Shown here piece by piece: positions 47,698-58,447 of a stretch of DNA of 64,000 nt (its first letter is position 1; the number at the start of each line of letters is the position of its first letter). Source of the DNA: an uncultured Methanosarcinaceae archaeon (GTDB taxonomy: Archaea > Halobacteriota > Methanosarcinia > Methanosarcinales > Methanosarcinaceae); assembly GCA_963833425.1 (NCBI GenBank), contig CAWHXP010000003.1:32001-96000 (forward strand), read 5' to 3'. The translations under genes and the position numbers were made by a program. The notes below the pieces were generated by a model. That model ran no database searches and was not told the origin of the DNA. It saw nothing but the letters and a program-made list of their open reading frames with translations.

Positions 47698-48465
47698 ATG
47701 GAAAAGGAAAGGAGTTACAGTGTGCAGAAAATTTTAAAAAATAACATAAGTAAGGCTGACATTACAAGAATTAATCTCAACGAGAGCGACTTTAAGAGAT
47801 TTAATCTTATAGGGATCGACCTTAGAGAAGCTAACCTAAAAGAATCCAACTTTGAAGGGGTTAATCTTATGGGAGCCAAACTAGAAGGCTCTAACCTTGA
47901 AGGAGCTAATTTTAGAGAAGCTAACCTTAAATGGGCTAACCTTAGAAAAGCTAACCTTGAAGGAGCTAACCTTGAAAGAGCCAATCTTATAGAAGTTGAC
48001 CTTAGAGAAGCTAATCTTATGGACACTAATCTCGAAGGAGCTAATCTTGAAGGAGCTAACCTTATAAAAACTAATTTCTATGGAGCTGACCTTCAAAAAG
48101 CTAATCTTGAAAAAGCTAATCTTGAAAAAGCTAATCTTGAAGGGACTAACCTTGTAGAAGCTAACCTTGAAAAAGCTAACCTTATGGGAGCTAATCTTCA
48201 GTGGGTTTACCTTAAAGGAGTTAACCTCAAAGAAGCAGACCTTCAAGAAGCTAACCTTAAAGACGCTTACCTTAAAGAAGTTTACCTTGAGAAGGCTAAT
48301 CTTAAGAAGGCTAACCTTGAATCAGCTTTCCTTGGAGAAGCTTACGGACTATCACTTGACCAACTTTCTAAAGTGAAAACACTTTACGATACTAAATTAG
48401 ACGAAAAACTTCTCATACAATTAAAAGAGAAATATCCTGTCCTTTTTGAAGAAACTAACGGATGA
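47698..48465 (+). CDS. Pentapeptide repeat protein
   Basis: Long run of ANLxx repeats; C-terminal LSLDQLSKVKTLY...LKEKYP.LF. Confidence 0.92.
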   Translation: MEKERSYSVQKILKNNISKADITRINLNESDFKRFNLIGIDLREANLKESNFEGVNLMGAKLEGSNLEGANFREANLKWANLRKANLEGANLERANLIEVDLREANLMDTNLEGANLEGANLIKTNFYGADLQKANLEKANLEKANLEGTNLVEANLEKANLMGANLQWVYLKGVNLKEADLQEANLKDAYLKEVYLEKANLKKANLESAFLGEAYGLSLDQLSKVKTLYDTKLDEKLLIQLKEKYPVLFEETNG

Positions 48466-48900
48466 GCGGATATTATCAAAATTTCCAATCCGGTTTATCA
48501 TTTTCCGTTATTTTATGATAATTAATGCATATGTTTTAAGACTAAAAACTGTGCGTTTTTGAGATAGTAAAGAATGCAATCAAAGTCATTATTCCTGAAA
48601 TTCTACTCAAAGCTGTCAATGCATCATATGGGAAAGTTACTTGAGCTGACCATTATAAAGAACATTCAGATAATATTGAAGAAAAATTTGCAAATGGCTT
48701 TTTCTAACATAGATGTAAATAAAATATTTTGAGTTCATAACTTATATATGTGTATATGTGATCATATTTACTGAAAAAGATGTAGCTATGCTGTATATCA
48801 CAATTTAATAAAGTTAAAAGAAGTACATCTGATTTTGAAATCATTGGATATGGGTTAAGAACTTACTACATTTATTTATTCAAATCTAGGAATTCTTAAA

Positions 48901-49344
48901 ATGCAAATTTTTAATAAAACTAGTTTTCAAATTATATTACAGCCAGATAAGGGAGACACTCTGTCAAAATACTGGCAAGATCAATGTAAGTGTTTTTATG
49001 ATGAAATATATATGATACTGCCAGAAGGTTCGATAAAACCTTTGACTCTAGAAGGTGTTGTGGGGGGAAAAAATAGTAATTGTAAATTATATAATCAATT
49101 AGAAGTACTCACGGAGCCTTTTGCTGCAAAACCCATAGCATTTAAATTTTTTGAAGCGTTTCAAGAAGTACTTAAAATTTGGTCTAATCACCAACCAACT
49201 GCTGATATTATAATAATATGTGCCGACGAAAGCACCACAAAGATTACACAACTATTTGTCTCAAAATTAATAGAATATTCTAAAAAAAATCAGCATTTGT
49301 CCGTCGTCCAGGTCCTAAATAATTTTAAGAGTTTTACGGAATAA
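48901..49344 (+). CDS. Hypothetical protein, possibly EACC1-like
   Basis: 147-aa ORF; pattern VLKIW....ADIIIICADE.TTKI. Confidence 0.55.
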   Translation: MQIFNKTSFQIILQPDKGDTLSKYWQDQCKCFYDEIYMILPEGSIKPLTLEGVVGGKNSNCKLYNQLEVLTEPFAAKPIAFKFFEAFQEVLKIWSNHQPTADIIIICADESTTKITQLFVSKLIEYSKKNQHLSVVQVLNNFKSFTE

Positions 49345-49789
49345 TATATTTATATAAGGACCATTAATAAAAATAATTTGGCTGATATTAGGAATAATCA
49401 TCCAAATTTTAATTAATAATTAAAGTTTGCAATAGCGGACGCTACCAAAATTAAGAAAATTTTTGCATGTGGGTATATTTTATTTTTACAATCTTATTTT
49501 TCTGATATCCATTTAAAATTAATATTCTAAGTCAAGTTTTTGTTATACTATAAATTTGTTATACTGTATGTAATTGTGTTTTTCAGAAGTACTGTGAATA
49601 AGCGCATATAATGATCAGTACAGCACTTAAAGTCAAAATTGCTCATTATAGAATTAATAAAAGTTTCTTTAATTTTAAGAGACTCTCTTATTTGAAAGAT
49701 TGTTATCATTCTTGATCCCTCATGGAACATTTGGAACTGATTAAACTAAAGCATAATCATAAATAGAAGATTTCAAAATAGAAAATTTG

Positions 49790-50082
49790 AAATTAAAACG
49801 ATACGGTACAAATTGCAAACAAATAGCCATATATTTTGTGTCGCGCAACGTTGACCGTGGCTGCAAGTATAACAGATGCTGCCATAGTGCTGTCCCTATC
49901 ACAAGTATGGTGGTGATAGGTGTGTTTTATGATTTCAACATTTTCTACTTCAACTACTATTTTTATTCTCTCTAGCAACAACAGGTTCTGCACTTACTTC
50001 TGCAGCTGTCCTGATACCACAAAAAGAACTGCCAGCAAACTAGCCAGTGCTGCTGTCATTCTAATAGATGATTGCCCCAACA
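49790..50082 (-). pseudogene. Degraded small secreted protein
   Basis: GGTG SD then MLGQSSIRMTAALASLLAVLFVVSG signal-like sequence, frameshift to AAEVSA. Confidence 0.45.
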
Positions 50083-50599
50083 TTTATTTCACACCTTTAT
50101 GGCTAAAATTAATAATTATAAAGGAATTTGTTTTTAGTAACTATTCAAACTATCAAAAATTGATTGGCTGAGATCTATTCTATTGCGCCAAGATATTCGA
50201 TGAACGAATTACTTACTGGGCTTAATTCGTTATTTTAAATTAATTACACAAAAAATAGTTTCTAAAGAAAACTTATTTTCCTCTTTTCATCGGACATTAT
50301 CGGATAATTAGATTTTCAAAGTTAAAAACACTTTCTATATTCTGATCGCTGAACGAGCACATAAAAACATAGGAAAATTTAATATTATATTACTAGAACT
50401 TCCACTCTGGCTTTTTTATTTCCGGATTTTTATGATGTAACTTAAGGTTTAACCTTCTATTTTTTGGATCAATATTTAAATGTTAATCCTTGAATTATGC
50501 ACAGCTTTTGCTATAAAAATCTATGTATCTATGAAACAATCGGTGTGTCTTCTGAAAGATTAAAATTCGAAAATTTCCTTTCTGATCATTCTAAATAGT

Positions 50600-52188
50600 A
50601 AATATTTATTTCAGCAGCTTTTAGTATCAAAGAGTGATCTCAATGAATACTTAGAGGAGTTTTATGGATCTAGAAACTCTCGCTCATCGAGCATCAGATA
50701 TTCTCTTCCCCGCCTTGCCTTTCATTTATGAGGGAAAAGATGTTGTAGTAAAAAAAGTTGGTGACGTACTTCTTGAAGAAGGTATCAAAAACAGATAGAT
50801 ATTTCATTGGTATTTAAAAAAGAAAATATTATTCAATTACCGGGGATTACCGAGGATACTGCAAAAAAAATTGCCCAGATAGCTAATAAAAATTGGGATG
50901 AAATTGAATTTAATAATACTGTAGGCTCAATTTTTATGCCTATAGGTATCATAAGCCAACTATTTTTGGCAATTCCGGATGAAAAAATACATTTAAAACA
51001 TATTTTAATAACTTGTCATCTGCTCCATAAATGCGGTATTTTCAAAGAAAAAAAACCTTTCTTTTAGATTGGATTACACTTTTTTGTGATGTATACTATG
51101 AATTTAAAACGAAAAAATGGGAATGGGAAAACTCTTTAGAAGAACTTGAAGGATATCATCTTATACAATTATTATCAGCTTCCACAATTTGGGTTGAAGA
51201 AGTTTATTTGGAGCGAATATATAATCCAAAGAATCGAATTTCTGATTTAACTTTATATAGGACAATGATAGACTGTTTTTCAAATAATCCAGACGTTTTT
51301 TTTGATTGTCCTGAAGTATTATTTCGGTTTACAAACAATCCTTATTATTTTCTAGGAGTTTTAGATGATAAAAAAGTAAAACTATATATCCTGGCAAAAA
51401 ACGTATGTGAAAAGGCAATAATTGAGACTCTAAAGAATTCAATTGAGAATGTTCAGTATCACAAATTTCTTGGAATTTCATATCGTGTTCTGTCAGAAAT
51501 GGATGAGAAAGATCAAATTTTTAATGCCAAAAAAGCGATTAAATCATGTGTTAAATCTTGTAGATATTTTGAGTCAAGTAGTGATTCCTCAAGAGGTTAT
51601 GCAATTTGGAAATCCGACCTTGGAACTGCATATCGACACCTTGCCGAAGTAACTTCTCAGGCAAATAAAAAAAGAATCTATTGTAATAAAGGAATAAAAG
51701 CTTGTGAGGAAGCTCTCCAAATTAAGGAGTGCCCCCTCGTATATCATGCCACCACTTATACCATCCTTGGAACGTTACATAGAATTCTTGGTGAAGTAGA
51801 ATATGAGAAAAAAAACTACAATCAAGTAATAGACAATTGTACGAAAGCAAAAAGATATTGTAAAGAAGCTTTAAACATCTACACAAAGAACAATCTTACA
51901 ATTCAAGTTGCTACCACACAATACGTGTTAGGAAAAATTTACAAATTGCTTGCAGAAGAAAAAAAATCACTTAATGTCAGAACATTCAGAGATTTTAAAA
52001 TTGATTTTGCAAAGACTCAAGTAATATTGAGAGATGCATATTTGATTCTCTCGAAATTTGAAAATGAATCAAATAATCGTACTAACGCAAAAATTGCTTA
52101 TGAAACAGCATTAAATGTATTTTCAAATACTAAATTCCCAAGATTACATGATTCCATTCAATCTAAGATTAAAAAAAAGAATGATTAA
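50600..52188 (+). pseudogene. TPR-repeat protein, frameshifted (A-run near 51048-51055 and upstream stops)
   Basis: TPR-like units LGISYRVL, LGTAYRHLAE, LGTLHRILGE, AYETALNVF; upstream coding-like frame 50807-51067. Confidence 0.7.
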
Positions 52189-52331
52189 TAAATATTTTTA
52201 GACATTAGAGCGTGATTTAGAAAATAACGTTGTACGAATTTAGATACAATTAAAATATATGAAATACTGAACAGTAATAAATAATTAAATAATTATATGT
52301 TGTTTTACTAATGCAAAATCAGGAAGATATA

Positions 52332-52883
52332 ATGATACTGAGTCATAAGAACAAAAGTCCAAAGATTTCAAAGACTGTTTTTATTGCAGACTCTGCAGAT
52401 ATAATTGGAGATGTAGAAGTAGCAGATTTTTCAAGTATATGGTTTAATGCTACAATTAGAGGAGATCAAAATAAAATAATAATTGGAAACAGAACAAGTA
52501 TCCAGGATAATATGGTAATTCATGCAGATATTGTTAATGGAGTGAAAATCGGGGATAATGTAAGTGTAGGACATGGAGATGTACTTCATGGATGTAAAAT
52601 AGAAAATAATGTTATTATAAGAATGAATTCTACAGTGCTAAATGGAGTTGATATCGGGAAAAATTCCATAATCGACGCAAATTCACTGATACCTGAAGGG
52701 AAAAATTTTCCTGAAAAAAGCTTAATTATTGGAGTTCCAGGAAAGACAAAAAGAGAAATTGACGAAGCTGAAATCAAATCCATAGCAAAAAATGCCGAAA
52801 AATATGTAGAGCTTACAAAAGAGTATAAAAAGAATAAAGAAGACTCCAAAGATATAAGGAGAGATATTCCGTTGCAAAAATAA
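52332..52883 (+). CDS. Gamma-carbonic anhydrase family protein (CamH/YrdA-like)
   Basis: IRGD, SIQDN..IH, VGHG.VLHGC, GVPGK. Confidence 0.88.
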   Translation: MILSHKNKSPKISKTVFIADSADIIGDVEVADFSSIWFNATIRGDQNKIIIGNRTSIQDNMVIHADIVNGVKIGDNVSVGHGDVLHGCKIENNVIIRMNSTVLNGVDIGKNSIIDANSLIPEGKNFPEKSLIIGVPGKTKREIDEAEIKSIAKNAEKYVELTKEYKKNKEDSKDIRRDIPLQK

Positions 52884-53103
52884 TTGATTAATATATTTAG
52901 CTTCATTAATATCAGAGTAGTTTAGATACTTAGAGATGAAACATAAAAAATATCAAAACATTTTTCATGGTTATTTCTCAAACCTTTTTGTGGGATTACT
53001 GAAAAATTAAGTTCCTGATTTAGTTATTCATATTTTGAATTTTGTTTAAGTACTCGAGTATTATTTTTTTCTGATATTTTCTATTTATGATTATTCTCCA
53101 GTC

Positions 53104-53253
53104 GGTTCCGTTGCAGAAAATCAGAACATTTTATAAAATCGCTGAAAATCTTCACAATCAGGTAATTTGAGTGATCAAATTGGGATTAAAATATCATTTA
53201 AAGGAAATAATAATGACCTCAAAGTAAAGAAAAATTATTTTTGCAACAGAACC
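53104..53253. mobile_element. IS6-derived MITE (150 bp)
   Basis: GGTTCCGTTGCA ... TTGCAACAGAACC, no transposase. Confidence 0.85.
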
Positions 53254-53439
53254 ATATATCTTGTTTTAAACTTTGCATATAGGATGGAGATTGCTGACAA
53301 CATCATAGAACAGATCCAAGCACGATGTGTTCATTTATTAAATATTATGCAAAATAATATTCTCTAATCAGTTTGCAGAAAAAAATCGCATCATTTAATC
53401 TGGCTCTTAAAGAACCATCTTAGATTAACACTATTAAAA

Positions 53440-53650
53440 ATGCAATTGAACTGCGGTCAACCCAGATGGAACAAAAGCGTATGTAACAAGCAGTGCCAGC
53501 GGCGACAATAATGTCTCTGCAATTACACAGCCACACAACACTCACTGTTGCAGCCAGGGTGAATACAGGAAACAGCCCTGAAAGAGTCGCAGTCACACCC
53601 GATGGATCAAAAGTAATGTTGCAAATTCTGGTAACATCAGTGTTTTGAAT
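53440..53650 (+). pseudogene. YVTN beta-propeller (surface protein) fragment
   Basis: AVNPDGTKAYVT and GNSPERVAVTPDGSKV. Confidence 0.75.
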
Positions 53651-54157
53651 TGACATTTCAAATAACTCAACAGAAATATCAAATTCAGATCTTCATAGCT
53701 ATATGCAAAGCTTTTTCGTCTAAACGTTCCAGGTTAAGACTTGTTTGAGTAAACATAAACAAAAAAACCACTCGAAACACAAATATGCCAAAAAAATTTA
53801 TAAGTGTAAAGTAACTAAAATAATTGATGCATAGTTCCATTACATGTAAGTAATGACAGCAACGAAGAACTTAGATCCTGGCTTACGGTGTCCATAGCAT
53901 ATGGGAAGAACAAAACAGTCCATAGCCAGTACTGACTGCATTCCTGCTATATTAGAACTTGTCGATGTCCATGTTTTTTACCTGGGTATCCAAAATATTT
54001 ACACTTATAAGCCCACAAAAGTTTGCTAGGGATATTGCTGAGGGACATCAGGCAACCCAAATCTCAAGACCATTTAATGTGAATATTACCCAGTTTAATT
54101 AGCACTATATAGTATATATGCAGAAGATATATAATACATCAAATCTAGTTATTATTT

Positions 54158-54270
54158 AAAGGTATTCTAGTACCTAGCATTCTACCTTCTCTCGGGCTGC
54201 AGGATCTCTTCACCTGCAGCTAACAAGATCAACTTTTTTGACAAACAAGATCAACCTGGTCACATAAAGT
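54158..54270 (+). ncRNA. Candidate sRNA, copy A
   Basis: TATA at 54126-54135; hairpins AGGTA..TACCT and GCTGCAGG..CCTGCAGC; ACAAGATCAAC x2; no conserved ORF. Confidence 0.6.
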
Positions 54271-54910
54271 AAAAAACAAAAAAGTTGAATTTTGATCTTT
54301 TAATCGATACTACTATTGTTTGAAACTTCCAATTTTTGTGGATAATAGGTTCCAACGGATGGAAAAGATCCGAAAGTCTTAGATCCTTAATTGCTCAATC
54401 TTGTGACAGTATGTCTAATTTAAGACTATTGTACCACAGCAGACCACGTTCACGGAGCTTTGTAGCATTTTTAATTTTCTCCATATCCAAGCTCATTCAT
54501 ATACAGGAGTTTTGTGTTGAATTTGCGACAAATCAAGAGACATCTTCTACAGTGGAATTAGAGTCGTTATTTTAATATTTTTTCATACTCTGTTCAAAGA
54601 TTCATTAAAATATATATAATCTTATTCAGTTTAATTAAGTATAGGGCAAGTTTATGATTTAAGTCAAAAATGAATGATTATAGGATTATGAAAGGCATTT
54701 TCTTGAGTTTGGTAAGGATCTTAATCCTATTGACAATCCAAAACATTCAGTAGGGACTTTGATCAAGCCTTTTAGTGATTTGCGGAGAAAGGCTCCATCC
54801 GTTATATTTCATGAGATAAGGACCACACAACTGATATATTAATTAGTTTATGGAAGTACAATTTAGGATATATACAAAACCTATATAATAGATTGATTTG
54901 AGTTCTAATT

Positions 54911-55020
54911 TATAGGTTCTCCCGTAGCTCCAACCCAGCCATTCTACCGGACTTCAGGCATTGATCACCTGCATTTCACAAGATCAACTTTTTGACACTA
55001 AGACGAGCCGGTTTAACTAA
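54911..55020 (+). ncRNA. Candidate sRNA, copy B (diverged)
   Basis: TATA at 54882-54890; CAGG..TCACCTG hairpin; ACAAGATCAACTTTTTGACA. Confidence 0.5.
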
Positions 55021-55164
55021 GCTAATTAAATAAAGTAGAAGAAGTCTAATTTTGGAATTTGCGCATATAATCGACCAATATTATATCTTCGTCATCATAT
55101 AAGCTTGCGTAATTTTACTGTGAATATTGCAGTAGGACATAAGACAACCCGAAGTCAGAACAAC

Positions 55165-55246
55165 ATAACTTTAATCCTAATTAGTTTCAGTTAGAGATAT
55201 ATGTGCACAAAAGTATATAATAAATTAGATTTAGTAATATTTTATA
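55165..55246 (+). promoter_or_regulatory. Promoter-only copy D of the same unit
   Basis: CTAATTAGTTTCAGTTAG...CAAAAGTATATAATAAATTAGATTTAG matches 56508-56580; RNA core absent. Confidence 0.55.
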
Positions 55247-56577
55247 ATTTTTCAAATATCTTTATATCGACATCCGATCGGACTAGGCATTTCCACCAGC
55301 AGACCAAAATATAAATTTTTGGAGATATAAGATCAGCTTGATAACTTAAATTAATAAAAAAACTAAGTAATTGATGGCTTTCGAAGATGTCGTGGTTGTT
55401 ATTTGCATGCTTGATGACAAAATTAAGACGAAGCGAACAGTACATTTTGTAGTTAAACTCATTATTGGCAGTTTATTTTTGGGCATCTTGATAGGCCTAT
55501 TTATTTTTTTTCACTTAGTGAACTGGACTTAATATAATACAGTGTAATTAAATAAGTTCAAAGCAATGATAAAATGAAAATCAGCCCACATAAATTTGCT
55601 TAATTAATCGTAGTGAAGGCAAGATTGAGATTCCTTTGGAGAGCTGAATAATTGGCTTCTCCAGAAATATAAATTTTCAATTCACGAACGCCTTAAGATT
55701 TGAAATTTCACAGAAAAATTGAAATACTACCAATCTGCTCAAATAAGTTAAATCACGATCATAAACAGAAAAAACCTAAAAAGTTGTCATCATTGTTTAT
55801 AAGATTAAATACGTAAGTTTTATAATATTTAGATATATCTATGAATATATAGAATATATACAATAAATATATATTAAATCACATTTATTTGATATATCAT
55901 GATACATAATGCACTACGACATAAATCCTGGAAAAAAAAATGTTTAGTGTAGTTATGTATCTGAAAATAACAGATTATCAAGGAGTTTATGATAAATAAC
56001 CCATACGCTGCAGATATCCCTAACTTGCAGATTGCAATGATGTTTTGAAAAAAAATGTCGTTTAAAAACCTTGTCAGCAGTTCTAAAACCTTTGGGTTAT
56101 CTGGGCATCATCATAAAAATAAAATGAGATTTCTCATATCGCTGATGGACCATAGTCAATCTCCTTACCAACTAATTCTTTTTGAGCATTGTAGAAATAT
56201 ACTATATCTTCAGTGCTAATCAAGACAAATGAGTACTTATCGCAATTTATGTGTCTGTGGTGCACTGGGTGTTGTAGACAAATTACAACTTTTACAACAG
56301 CTATTATTGATGTTTGGGTTAGGCTCTAAATAAAAAATGAACGATCTTAAGGCTCTATACGGCCTTTTATTGAGTTGAATAGGGGATCCTAACAAAGGAA
56401 CAACCAAAAAACCCATTTTAGGGGCTGAGATCAAGTCATTTATTGATTGACTGGGAAACGCACTCGTTTGTTATAATTCATGAATAGGACTGCATGATTA
56501 GTAGACTAATTAGTTTAAGTTAGTGCTATTTAGGGTATATCCAAAAGATATATAATAAATTAAATCTAATTATAATT

Positions 56578-56690
56578 TATAGGTATTCCCGTACCTTGCA
56601 GTAGACTTTCCGGCTGGCTGCAGGTATCTTGTCACCTGCAGCTTACAAGATCAACTTTTAGACATACAAGATCAACCGGATCACATTAAT
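56578..56690 (+). ncRNA. Candidate sRNA, copy C
   Basis: TATA at 56547-56556; same two hairpins and ACAAGATCAAC x2. Confidence 0.6.
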
Positions 56691-58090
56691 TAATAATAAG
56701 AAAAAAATTAGTCTCAAGCAAGACCAGTAATATGTTAAACGGCCTAAAGCTATGATTTAATGATGTAAAAATAAATTAAATTTAAAAAGACAATGAATAT
56801 TCTGTTAGTAGTCTGAGTTGAGCTTCATTGTCAGTTACATAAGTTAGTGATATCCATAGCAATAATAAAAGTAGCGCCAATAACAAGTTAAGCAGGTATT
56901 AGTACAAAATATGGCTCCAGCATCTATATTTAACTATACTATCTCAAATCCGCTTTCCAATTTCTGGCAAATCAACCAGGTTCCAAAGAGCAATTAATTA
57001 ATTGATACATAACTGGCATCAAAATGTACTAAATGCACTTGTGTACTTTATTAATACTTTTTTGGTATTTTCTAGCCTCAATCGATCTTTGATTCAGTTG
57101 ATTCATATTCCTAGTTTTGTTTAGAGTATTATATAATTATCTTTTTATGTGTTTATTTATGATCGTGATTTAGGTTAATTAATTCACGGTTCCATGAGTT
57201 CCATATCGCTACTAGTCCCAAAAACTCCATGATCGTAGATCATCAATATTTCCTTACACACACCACCATAGTCATGGTCAGGTTGGTATGATGGATGTAA
57301 TTAGCCAATCATGAAATTGATATCGATCTGGCGGCTCTTCTTGGCATCGTTGAAATTTACTTTATTTTGCTTCTAAGAAGCATTATCAAAATTTTTAAAG
57401 TTTCTATTTAAATTTATAAACTTGTCATAGAATGTTTATCTAATAGTTTTTTTATTAATTTTAAAGCTTCTATTAATTACAGGTATACACTAATTAAAAC
57501 ATCGTATTTGTGCCAACTTGTAGGCAATAATTCTGAATAAGTCTGTATGAGTTTACCCCATGTTCAACATTCGGCTATCCGTATATCTAAATTTGAAAAT
57601 CTACCACATAGTCACATGGTAAAAGCCTTTCAATAAAAAACGATAATCAACTTATATTATATAAACATTATTATCTAAATAGTTAAGAAATTCATATTTT
57701 ACTCATTTAAATTATTTTTTTACCTATTTCTATTTTAAAAACATGAGCATTATCTAAAGTTAAATAAAAAAACCCACCAATATTTGATCGAGAAAAAATT
57801 GAGTGTTAAACTATGATTAAGGGATATACAAAACCAAAAGTGCAACCAAAAAAATAAGAAAATAAATTTGTGGATGCCCATGAAAAATTTTCAATTTAGA
57901 CTAAAAATAATAAAATTTTAGAGCAGTTATCATAATACAAACTAAATTGATCAAATAATATACTTACTTAAAACTATTGCAAGTAAGCTGCAAACGAAAT
58001 AGATAGTCATCAGGAGCCATACCAAATTTGTATACTATAGACTTAAAAAGTACAGAAATGTGGCGAGATAATACGCCAACATTTATACAT

Positions 58091-58411
58091 TTACCCGAAC
58101 AATGCACCTAGGCCGGCCATTCCATCCTCTTCAGCATGATCCTCCTCTTCTTCTTCCTCAACAGGAGCTGCAGCTGTTACAGTTGTTGCGGCCGCAGGGG
58201 CTGCAACTGCGGGAGATACGGCAGTAGGAGCTGCAAATGCAGCCTTTGAAATTGCTTCTTCGATATTTACGCCTTCAAGGGCTGCGACAAGAGCCTTAGC
58301 CCTAGCCTCGTTTACTTCGATGCCCGCAGCCTTGAGAACTGCAGTGATTGCTTCTTCAGTAATTGCTTTACCAGCATTATGCAATAAGAGAGATGCATAT
58401 ATATATTCCAT
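58091..58411 (-). CDS. rpl12: 50S ribosomal protein P1/L12
   Basis: [11 protein letters not shown], Ala-rich hinge, acidic tail GLGALFG. Confidence 0.97.
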   Translation of the reverse strand: MEYIYASLLLHNAGKAITEEAITAVLKAAGIEVNEARAKALVAALEGVNIEEAISKAAFAAPTAVSPAVAAPAAATTVTAAAPVEEEEEEDHAEEDGMAGLGALFG

Positions 58412-58447
58412 TGTTTTATCACCTAATTTCAATTAACACAAATTTGT

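Noticed and set aside
47715..48246. Repetitive minus-strand ORFs (RLASL, KVSFF)
   Set aside because: Antisense shadows of the pentapeptide repeat gene.
54158..56690. CRISPR array or small-peptide genes as an explanation of the repeats
   Set aside because: Spacing is irregular and hundreds of bp, each unit has its own TATA, there are no cas genes, and no frame is conserved on either strand.
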